Assembly (NCBI GenBank): GCA_051313645.2
Contig: JBNRSN020001083.1
Location: 1-63,428, forward strand
Source of the DNA: Centroscyllium fabricii
Taxonomy: Eukaryota
Length of the DNA: 63,428 nucleotides
Direction of reading: 5' to 3'
The position numbers and the translations under genes are program-made. Shown piece after piece: positions 13,501 through 25,500 of the stretch. Under the pieces are notes generated by a model. It was not told the DNA's origin and did no database searches. It was given only the letters and a program-made list of their open reading frames with translations. Each line of letters begins with the position of its first letter. The stretch's first letter is position 1.

Positions 13501-16500
13501 TAGCGTTCCCCATGCACTTGCTGCCCTTGTCCTTCTAGGTGGTGGAGGTCACTGGCTTGGGGGGAGCTGCCAAATAATTTCTTACATATCCTATTCCAGA
13601 GCTAGAGGGGACCAATTGTTGCAACACATTGACTTATGCAATCCATTACTTACAGGAGTTGGAAGTTTCAAACTCCTTTGTCTCAATGTCACTGTAATTC
13701 TCTACAGCCAAGGTTACTGGTCGTTTTGGGCCTTCTTGTATCTGTTCGTGTTCTTCAACCATACAAGCAGGAGAACAACTGGTAGAGCTGTTACGAACTG
13801 GAGGGGGGGGGGGGGGGGGTGGGGAGATAAAGAGTAGAATAAAAGACCATGCAACTGCAGTTAATTTGGAAGGATTTTTTTTTCTATACAAGGTTAATTC
13901 ACAGCCAGAAAGGACCATTTAAATGTACAGCAATAGCATTTATTTTTAGTTCTCTTTTGCTTGGCCAATTATTTTGCCTTCATGGTCTCTACAGAGAGTT
14001 AGTAATTTTCAGCTACGGCAGCTAAAGAGGATAATGCAATTCAATTCAGCATCCCTAAACTAAGAAGGGAGAGGGGAGATTAATAATCAGAGTTCTTGCT
14101 TCTCATGGTCCCTCTGATTTTTTCTTATTCTCTAACCAGTCTAGAAATGCAGAAAGTTTATACAAATCTTACTGGATCACCAAGGCAATTGTTGCCGTTT
14201 TCCTTGCTGATGAGGTGGTTTGGGGCACAAGCATAAATCTTTTCAGTAAACATTTCTGTAATTTCCCCTTTCAACAACTGCTTTATTAGCCAAAATGGCA
14301 AGAAAATGGCACTTACAAATCAACATTTTGTTCAGTTTAAAACAAACTTTACCTTTCATATCATTTTTTAAAACGACTATTCTTTTGTGTCCATGTCCTT
14401 TTATCCAGATGACCTGTTCAAAATGGAGAATGTTTAAAAAAAGTTAAAAACCGCACACATACTAAAAAATAACAAGTTTATCTGAAAAGCTTCCCTTCAA
14501 ATACTGGCTGACATTTAGTGGCTTGGGACAATCCAACTTGTGCCGGTCAAGCTTCTTGTGCTTATGTTCTTTCACATGGTGTCACTCTAACCCAGAATTA
14601 AAGCACAAAAAAGTGGCAGAATTTCCAACAACAATCTGCTCAAAATTCTTTAAGTTCTCCAGTTTAAGACGAAACCTGTCTCCTGGGACGAAAGACTGGT
14701 TCACACACCACTGTGCAAAGTTTAGCTTAAAACTGCACAGTCACTTCAGTGAGAGAGGAGACTTTCATTCGATTAAATTAGCTAGGTTTTGAGCCAATGT
14801 CCCAGAGCAGTGTGTTCTAACCCACCATAGCAACCCATTTTCTCCTAGGATGGGAAAGATTACCAGCTCTGTATCGGCGATGCACATGATCAGAACAACC
14901 AGCAACACTGTGGCTTCATAATCCATCATATGTGCCATTCCTCAATTGCCTGGATTTTCCAGTGAGCAACAAAGGAACAGCTTTCAAAAAAAGGTACAGA
15001 TAACAAGGCATTACATTTAAAATTGCAGCGGTCACTCTTACACAGAATTTGCAACAATAATCTGCTCGTTTAAGACAAAACATGTTCCTGGGACAAAAGA
15101 ATGGCTCACGCACCACTGTGCAAAGTTTAGCTTAAAACTGCGCAGTCATTTCAGTGAGGTGTTTAGGGTTCATAATACAGTAATATAGCCAACATGTAAG
15201 GTATCACTGCAAGTTTAGGGTTCATATTACATTAATACAGCTAATCTACCACTGCAAGTTTGTTACACAATCACAGTACAGGTTGAGCATCAGTAATCTG
15301 GCACCTTCAGTTGCCCGTCACGAATTGAAACCGGCGGTCTTTAGTTTGCGGAGCAGTCGCTCGGCGGCGCCACCGTTTCCCGTGATATAAACAAACATTG
15401 CATGGTGTTGATACTGTATGCTTTATCTACTTTCCAGTTATTTCTAGTACAGTAATCTGTGACGCAGTTTCAGTGAAGGGTGGGTGAGCGCCAAAGGCTT
15501 TTGGGTTGTACCGAATACGTAGTTATTTTACCTAACCTTCAGTGGTTCGGAATTTTCAATGGTCCGGCACCGGCCTGGTCCCAAGGGTGCCGGATTACCG
15601 GTGCTCAACCTGTATGCTGAAACAACCAGCTGGCCCAGGCAGACTAACTGCTAGCAGGTCCACAGAAATAACTACGGGTTAAATAGCAAGACTACAACAG
15701 AAAAAGTCACACATTTTGATATTGCATAATTTAAAAGGAGACAAACTTATACTTAATGATCTCACTTTACCTGTGGTATCGCAACAAGGAGATCCTCTAT
15801 GCTTGCATAGCCGTATATTTTAGGCTGTAGCACTTCACCTGTGTACTTGTGGTAAGTAGAGGGAAACTCGGTCAGAAAAATCTGCTGGTAGTGGTAGGTG
15901 TGCAGCAAGGCTCGCACATTCTTAGCAAACTGGTACACTTTGGTAAGTTTCACATATTCTTCTCCTGTTTCATTAGTGAATACCTGTCACAAATTGACCC
16001 AAAAAGGTAAAGTTTAATAAGCAGCATTCCTCTCCACCACCTAAATCCTGATGTAAGTTACTACAACAGGCAATTAATAAAACAGGGTAAACTACCACAA
16101 AGTAGCACAGACAATGTCAAAAACCATGAATGAAGTTTAACCCCAAATATATGCTGTTATATCCTTGAGGCAGGCTCCACCCATGTTAGAATATAAACTT
16201 TCCTTTTTAAATTCAGCTGAAGATTTCCTGTCACACAACAGGCCCTACAATATAAGCAGAAATTTATTCTTCTACAGAATTGTAGTAAAAGATGGTTTAT
16301 TTCACTACATGTTACAACAGGGGCGGCACGGTGGCATAGTGGTTAGCACTGTTGCCTCACAGCACTGCAGACCCGGGTTCAAATCCGGCCTCGGGTACTA
16401 TCTGTGTGGAGTTTGCACATTCTCCCCGTGTCTGCGTGGGTTTCCTCCGGGTGCTCCGGTTTCCTCCCACAGTCCAAAGATGTGCGGGTTAGGTTGATTG

Positions 16501-19500
16501 GCCAGGATAAATTGACCCTTAGTGTTAGGGGGATTGAATATGTGGGGTTACGGGGATAGGGTGGGATATGTGTCGGTGCAGGCTCGATGGGCCGAAATGG
16601 CCTCTATCTGCACTGTAGGGATTCTATGATTCTATAATAGGACAGCATTCCCCGTGTAAAACTGCAATGTAACTTAATATTTGGACAAGAAATGGTTGGT
16701 TTTGAACATCCCCCCTCAAAACAAGGCATAGTGCAAGCAACCCTGGCATTGCAATTGACAGGGGAGTAACAGCACTTCCACGAGGATTTCCCAGTCTGGT
16801 ACCCACTTGATTACATCACCATCACCTACCCAAACTTTGGCCGGTTGTGTAGGTGAAGATATAATTAAATGGACACATCCTGACAGTTCAATGCTAGAGG
16901 AAGTTACACGACCTATAAAACACCCCCTATTGTGTAAGCTGAAAGAATATGGTTGAGGCAATGCATCTTTACTACGTAGTCCTGTAAAGAACAAAAATCT
17001 TATTACTCATGCCCAGTACTGTCCATGTGCTCGGGAGAGGAGGGTTTGAGGGATGCTTCACTGCACCCGATGCAGGGACCATCTCGTTCAGGGATGAGTT
17101 AAGTTTGTATATTGTGGAGACGAGGGATTCCTTCCAAAGATTAAGTTGGTTGCATCACAGTCTTGTGCGCAGTTTGGAATAGATTTCACGAGGCGATAAT
17201 TGAAGGCAACAAATCAGGCAGTGTGAACCTATTGCTTTTGATATAAACTTCAGCATCCGGGAGCCTTAAAAGTGGGACTGAACTACAGACCCAAATAGGC
17301 CTCAATGCAAAAAAAATCTGTTTGAATGGTTTGACAACTAATACTTTTGTTAACATAAAACAACTTGCTAAGACTCGAGAGAAAGAAACCTTCCCCATAT
17401 ATCCTTAGGAACTGAAGAGATTTGAAAACTAAAAGCAACAAAATCAAAACAAGTACAGGTTGAGCACCGGTAATCTGACACCCACGGGACCATGCCGGTG
17501 CCGGACCACTGAAAATTTAGAACCACTGAAGGTTCGGGGGAGCGCGCGGTAGAACACTCCCCGGGGCCCGGATCGCGCAGGTAGAACACTCCCCGGGGGC
17601 CGGAGCGCGCGGTATAACACTCCCCGGGGCCTGGAGCGCGCGGTATAACACTCCCCAGGGCCCGGAGCCCACGGTATAACACTCCCCGGGGCCCGGAGCA
17701 CACGGGTAGAACACTCCCTGGGGCCCGGAGCGCCGGATAGAACACTCCCCGGGAGGGAGCCCGGGGATAGAACACTTACAAGAACTGAAAAACCAGCAAC
17801 CCAAATGTCCGACGCCTTCAGCACTCGCCCACCCTTTGCGGGAAATGGTGGCGCCGCCGAGCGGCTGCTCCACAAACTGAAGGCCGCCAGTTCTGATTCA
17901 TGCCGAACCATCGGATGCCGGATTACCGGAGCTCAACCTGTAAAAACCTCTCTAGCGCAGGAAAGGACACAACTGCTCCTCAAAATACAACAAATAGCAG
18001 AAAGGTGTGCATCAGATCATGATTATGCTACAGCAATAAAGTGAATTTCCAGAAAAGGAGGACAGCATCATAGGTGAACATGCAGCAATTGCTACTTTGA
18101 CGTGGAGATTGCACAATATGGAGTAAAAGCAGCTTTCATACATTACCAGAAGCAATTTAGTAACAGTGCTAGTTATTAGAGAATTCATACCTCAACCAGG
18201 TACGGCAAACTCTTCAACAGTTCTGCCAAAGACATGAAACCATATTCAGAAGGGACAAGAGGACTTCCATAAGAAGAATCAAAATGTTTTCTAAGTTGGT
18301 CGATTGTGAGGAGCGAGATACCATCCAGAGACATCAACAACACCAGAAGTTGAGCAGTCAGAGTGCGGAGAGACTTCCGGTTTATCAGCTGGAGCTGCTT
18401 ACCACCTGTTGAGGTGCTAGCAATCTTTTGGGGGGGGGGGGGGGGAAAACAAAAGTTATACTTAATTCGAAGACGCTCAAATAAAACTCCCAATGGGGAA
18501 GTCATAAAATAACTAAACAACATACCTTTGCAACATGGCAGAGTTTCTGCATAAGCTCTGGGACAGAGTTGACATCATAGTCTTGGAGGCGCAGGGTATA
18601 TCCATAAGTATTGTTATACTCTGGAAGGAAATCCGATAGTATCATACAATTGTCCTTCTGTGACCTAAGCAATTTAACAAGCTGGGCCGTCAGTGCTTTA
18701 ATTTGCTCATTTTCTGTTAAAACAAGGATTTTTTCCTCTCCACACTCCAGGACCTGTGGACAATGTTGTCATTTGCATCATAGTTCTTTAAACACTTCAC
18801 AGAATTCACAAATGCAATGCGCTGTCTGAAAGAAACTTCAGGTACCCAACTGCTCACCAGTAGTCTCTAAACTGTGGCAAAACCCCGGGGAGTGTTCGAC
18901 CCGCGCGCCCCAGGGAGTGTTCGACCCGCACGTTCCGGGCCCCAGGGAGTGTTTGACCCTCGCGTGCCGGGCCCCGGGGAGTGGTCTAGCCGCACGCGCC
19001 GGGCCCCGGGGAGTGGTCTAGCCGCGCGCGCCAGGCCCCGGGGAGTGGTCTAGCCGCGCGCGCCAGGCCCCGGGGAGTGGTCTAGCCGTGTGCGCCAGGC
19101 CCCGGGGAGTGGTCTAGCCGCGCGCACCACCCGAACCTTCAGTGGTTCAGAATTTTCAGTAGTCCGGCACCAGCCTGGTCCCGAGGGTGCCGGACCAGGC
19201 CCAACCTGTAGTACCAAAATGTTCCACGGCACTTCAAAAGGAGCATAAAAGAAAATTTGACAAGAGCCACATAAGGAGATATTAGGGCAGGTGACCAAAA
19301 GGTAGGTTTTAAGAAGCGTCTTAAGAGGAAAAAGCGGTCAAGAGGTTCAGAGAGGGAATTCCACAGCTCAGGGCCTTGGCAGCTGAAGGCATGGCCACCA
19401 ATGGCGGAGCGATTAAAATTGGGGCACAAGTGGCCAGAATTAGGAGTGCAGATATCTCAATTTATTGGGGCGGTTAAAGGTGAGGAGGCTCCAGGTGAGA

Positions 19501-22500
19501 ATAGCTTCAGTGCCCCCAGGTTCTTCCGCAGTTCATTGTAGGCTGTGGTTTGCTGCTGGTACTCGGTATGAAAGTGTGATTTGGAGACATAACAGTTGTT
19601 TAAAGAGAAGTTCATGATGGGTAGCTACTCCTGATGGAGAATGATCAAAATCAGCAAGGGCATGTTGTGGCGGGAGCTGCAAGTGGGCAGCAGAGAAGGT
19701 AGCAGTGGGGAAGAGCTTGCAGCAGTCCTACCCACCTAACAGGGTCTATGGACAGAGGCTCAGCTTCCTTGACCTGATGGAGGGGCAGAGCTAACAAAGG
19801 CTCAGAATGTGAGATCAGTAGATTGCAGACCTCTGCAGCCTCCAAGTGTGAAAGGCACCACCGCACTCAATTTATTTTCTCTGGAGATGGTGAGGGTGTG
19901 GCAGTCAGCTACACATAAATGCATCAGACATGTGACAGATTATGTAAGGGCAAGCAGGTGGTGGTGGTACTAAAACTGCTTATATAGCACCTTTAACGTC
20001 GTAAAATATCTCGAGGCGCTTCACAGGAGCGCAAACAAAATTTGACACCGAGCCACAAGGATATATTAGGCCAGGTGACCAAAAGCTTGGTCAAAGAGGT
20101 AGGTTTTAAGGAGCATCTTAAAGGAGGAAAGTGAGGCAGAGAGGTCATTCCAGAGCGTAGGGCCTTGGCACGGCCGCCAATGGTGGAGTGATTAAAATCA
20201 GGGATGCTCAAGAGGGCAGAATTGGAAGAGTGCAGATATCTGAGGGTTATGGGGCTGGAGAGGTTTTACAGAGATAGGGAGGGGCGAGGCCATGGAGCAA
20301 CTTGTAAACAAGGATGAGAATTTTTTTTTTTAAAGTGACGACCAAGTTTTAATAATACAGGTTGAGCACTGGTAATCCGGCACCCGATGGTCCGGCAGCT
20401 TCAGTGGTCCGGCACGATTAGAAACCGGCGCTCTTCATTTTGCGGAGCAGCCGCCCGGCGGCGCCACCGTTTCCCGCGATGGGTGAGCGAGCGCAGATGG
20501 CATCGGGCGTTTGGGTTTGTTTTTTTTCAGGTCTTGTAAGTGTTCCATCCCCGGGCTCCCTCCCGGGGACTGTTCTACCGTGCACTCCCCCCGAACCTTC
20601 AGTGGTTCAGTACCGGCCTGGTCCAGAGGGTGCAGGATTAACGGTGCTCAACCTGTAATACTAGATATGCATAAATGACAAGCCAGGCTGGCTGAAAGGG
20701 AGCAGCCTCCATTTTAGTTTAATAGCAATGAGAATACATGGTTTGAATTTCCAGAAACTGTTCAACTTTTGTTTGAATGTCACCATATTCCTAGCATACT
20801 GAAGTCAGTTCACATGTCCTTATGCTCACCTGCAACACATCAGGTATAGCTTCAAACAGTTCCATGAGTTTGTTAAATCCATAGTAAGTGAGTTTGCACT
20901 GGCGTCCAAAGTGGTGGTGGTATGTAGGTATAAATTTGCTAAAGGGCATACGACAATGAGACTGATGTCGCAGCAAGTCCACTACCTCTTTTGCAAACTG
21001 CTTTGTCCTCTCTATTTCCTCTGGAGTACGTTCTAAATTAAAATGCAATAACTTTTTAAAGATTGATCACTGTTTACAGCTTTCAAAAACATTTATCATA
21101 AAAAACTACTCAATAATAATGCTAAATCCCAACAGCATATTAAAGTGAAACCACAATCTGGAATAGTTCTAGAAATATTAGTAAACTACCTGTAGCTTTA
21201 CCCTTGGTCAGTTGGTGAATGGAAGTGTATTTTTAATGATTTTTCAGATATACACAATATATATATTTTAACACGTACACAGACATGCACATACAAATAC
21301 ATACACAAGATGGAGAAATTGAAGGGAATTTCAGAAACGCACTCCTCAGCATCAGCGACTGGCCTGAGCCGGCAACTACATTGTTACAGACAACTGCTTA
21401 CATACAGGATTTCCATTTAAAATGTTTATACAGGTTGTGCACCATTAATCCGGCACGGGCGGGACCAGGCCCATGCCGGGAAAGTGAAAAAACCGGGAGA
21501 ATGAAGTTGGACAATGCGCATGCGCGCACCATTCAAAATGGCCACGCGCATGCGCACAACATTGGGAATGGCTGGCGCGCGCATATCATCCAGTAATGGC
21601 CGCCGAAGTTTTTTGAGGGGCTCAGGCTTTTGTGGTGTTCCGTTTGGCTTTTAGGGCTGTCGGGCAGCAGTGAAAGGCCGGTCTTGCGGGGGGGGGGGGG
21701 GGGGGGTTGTGCGGGCGCGGGTCGGGCCCAGTGGGTCCGCCTTCCCGCTCCATCGCCTTTGGGGTTGCTGCTGCCGCCGAGCCGGACTCGGGCTGACAGC
21801 TGCTGCCTGGTGACTGTCCGCCTCAGTCAATTACATTTCCAGTTTATTCCAGTTCCGATGAAGGGTCCAGAACCCCAAACGTTAACTCATTTTCTCTCTC
21901 CACGGATGCTGCCTGGCCTGCTGAGTAATTCCAGCATTTTCTGTTGTTATTTCAGATTTCCAGCATCCGCAGTATTTTGCTAATATTTCAATGTTAAATG
22001 TATGGGCATGGTAGTTTAGTGGTTAGGCTACTGGACTAGCAATCCAGTGGTTGCAATTTGAAATCCCATCTTGGCAAGTTGTGAAACTGAAATCAATGAA
22101 CCAGTAATTTGTGGGCACTGGAAAATGATCATGGAAGTTGCTGGATGGTCGTAAAACCCACAGTTCACAAATTTCCTTCGGAAAATGGAACCTACCACCC
22201 TTACCTGGTCTGGTCTACATGAGGCTCAAGTCTCACACTACGCGGTTGACTCTATGCTTCAGAGCAACTAGGCATGGTAATAAATCCCAAGAACAAATAA
22301 AAACAGGAAGTTGGACAGGAAGCGCGTGCATAAACAGGGCGCGACAAAACTGCTTGCCGGGGCAAGCAAAATGCGCCGGTCAAGCAAAAGAAATCCGCGC
22401 TTGCCCAACTGGGCAAGCGATGTGCGGACATGACCCGAACCTGCGCAGTGGCCGGGTCCGGCAATAGTGCTGAGGGTGTGCGCGCGCAGCCAGGCCGCCA

Positions 22501-25500
22501 GCCGCGGGGTGAAGAGGCGGGCGGGCCGCGGGGTGAAGAGGCGGGCCGGTTGGCCGCGGGGTCACAGCCTGCAAAGCTTATTTTGGGTTATTCTGCTGTC
22601 CTGGTGTGTGTTTTTAACAATATGCTCGCCCCTCCTCCGCTGAAGCTGCAGACTCCTGCTGGGTCCCAGCTCTGTAGCACCTTACCCCAGAGGTTATTCT
22701 TCAGGCTAATCAAACACTGGGGGGGGGGGGGGGGGGGGGGGGAGGAAAAGAGAGGGTGGCACCAGAGTCTGATCTTGTCCCAACGTCCAGTCAAGAAGAC
22801 TTGGCAGCAGCTGTTACTAGATAGCACTCAGAGTTGCGGGGGGTGCGGGGGTAGCTTGGTATGATAGCACCCCATGGACTAAGAGGGTGACAGAGGTCAA
22901 TTGTAGCCCACCCCAACACTGTTGCACCAGCTGAAATCAGCCAGCTCAACAGACTAGGAGTAGAACCTGGGGTCATAGAAGATAGGAGCACGAGTAGGCA
23001 GGGTGAAGAATCGGCGATGAAGAGGCGGCGGCGAGCAGCGATGAAGCGGGCCGCGGGGTGAAGCCGCGCTATCCGTTGGTCATTTGGCCAGGTACCGCAG
23101 TCGCATGGCAGGCCCCGGTTGGGGCCGGGGGTTGGCACTGCTCTGGCGGGGTGGAGCTGCTGCTGCTTGGGGAGTGCGTGTCGGGGCAGTCCCGGGGTCA
23201 ACGAGCGTGGAAGAAGTGTGGAGGCTAATCGGTGAGTGTCGGGCCGGGCACACTGTTATAGTACTTATAATACAAAAATATAGTACAAAAATAACAGATG
23301 GCCAGCCAATAAATTACCTGAATTAAATAGTTCTGATGTTTAAACCTGTGGTTGCAGTTTATTACATCATCAGAATCCTGCATGTCAAGTGCTGTCATAT
23401 CTTCCTGCCATCCATCATGACCCAATATTTGGTTTTACAAAGTCATTGAGTCATAGCGTTTTACAGCACAGAAAGAGGCCCTTCGGCCCATCGCATCCAC
23501 GCCGGCCATCAAACCCTTTTTATTCTAATCCCATTTTCCAGCTCTTGGTCTATGGCATTTCAAGTGCTCATCCAAATGCTTCTTGAATGTTGTGAGGGTT
23601 CCTGCCTCTACCACCCTTTCAGACAGTGAGTTCCAGATTCCAGCCACCCTCTGGGTGAAAAGTTCCTCCTCTAAACCTCCTGCCCCTTACCTTGAAACTA
23701 TGCCCCCTTGTTATTGATCCCTCTACTAAGGGAAAAAGTTCCTTTCTATCTACCCTATCTATGCCCCTCATAATTTTGTACAGCTCAATCAGATCCAATA
23801 GTTATAGCAATACATATTCTTCAGTATATCTGTCTCCAAACTGTTTTTTAACCTACACCAGATCAGTAATGGGCAAGATTGATGGCAGACCTAAAAGGTA
23901 CACTAACTACAATCACAATCTATGGCTTATATTGAAGCATTTTAATAAAAATGTTAAATCTTTATTTAATCCTTTAAAAATTTCAGGCAAGTGATTTTTT
24001 TTTTTGTTTCAGCACATTGTGTAGACTGGAACCTCATCAGGTCTTTAAAAGCGCTGTGGGGGGGGGGGGGGCTTTGCTTTTTCCTCATACCAAAACGATT
24101 TTCATCCCTCCCCTGCATCCAGAAGTCCACAAGTACTCGAATTTTCTTTGCAGAGGTGGGGGGGGGGGGGAAAAGAAAAATCCCCACAGAAAACATCGAC
24201 AGTGAGCTGGAGTGAGCACCGTACCAATGTTTCCACCCCTCTCTAGCCCAGGGATACCACCTCCCCCTGAAGAGGACTGCCACCTCCAAGCACAGCCTTT
24301 CAAAGGGACACAGTTAAGTTGGGAAAAACAACCATGTCGCACCATCTATTAGTACTCCAAAATACTGTTCCACCGATCTTTATTTTACATTTCAGGAAAA
24401 TTAACAAATCTATCCACCCAGCATGCACCAAACAGTTGGAAGTCCATCTTCAAGGCTTACTCAACCACTAAGAAAATAAATCTCAGGAGGAGGAATCAAA
24501 ATGCCCAGAGACTTACCACTACATGCATGACAAAGCTGTTGGTGCAGCTGAATTTTAAAAAAAAAATAGGAACTCAATCTCATTTAAATTATAACAGCAC
24601 TACATTATAATGCCAAGCATAATTGCTTACTGCAACATAGATCAGTTTTGTTTTTAATCACCTCGCTTTGGGATAGAAATCACAGTATCATCATCTTGTT
24701 GTGAAACACAGATTGTAGTATCTGGTATTTCTGAAAGCAGATCAGCCAGTTCACACACACCATAGTCCGTGACATCCCAGTCCTTCGAAAAACACCTAAC
24801 AGAATCAAAACATGTAGAAAAATCGAATATAGTTTTGTGGTCCACGCAGTACAAATCTTATTTCACTGTTACTTGGATTACATACTGTAATTTAGGAATA
24901 ATCCCATGCAAGACTGTTCAGAGTTACCAACTGCCACACAAAAGTCATTTAGGAAAATGTCATTCTAACATTTGACGAATCATACAATATATAGGAGGTC
25001 TGGGATCGGGTGTGCCAACTTATCTGCTGGTTTCTTCTGAATACAAAGCGAGTGCTCCACACGTGCACCTCAGTCCTAATAATGATGCTTCATGATAATG
25101 CGTAGATGTCAACTGTGGCTCAATTGGTAGCACACTTGCCGCTTAGTCAGAAGGTTGTGGGTTCAAGTCCCATCCAGGGACTAGGCGGACACTCCAGTGT
25201 AGTGCTGAGGGAGTGCTGCACTGTCGGGGGTGCCGCCTTTCGAGGCCCCGTCTGCTCTCGGGTGGACGTAAAAGATCCCAGGGCACTAGTTCGAAGAGGA
25301 GCAGGGGAGTTATCCCCAGTGTCCTGGCCAATATTTATCCTTCCACCAACGTAACAAAAGCAGATTATCTGGTCATTTCTAGAAGTTTTCTGTGCGCAAA
25401 TTGACTGCCGCGTTTCCCACATTACAACAGTGACTACATTCCAAAAGTACTTAACTGACTGTAAAACGCTTTGAGACGTCTGGTGGTCGTGAAAGATGCC

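Noticed and set aside
17540-19125. 31-32-bp repeats resembling a CRISPR array
   Set aside because: Head-to-tail units without unique spacers, inside MITEs, in a eukaryotic intron
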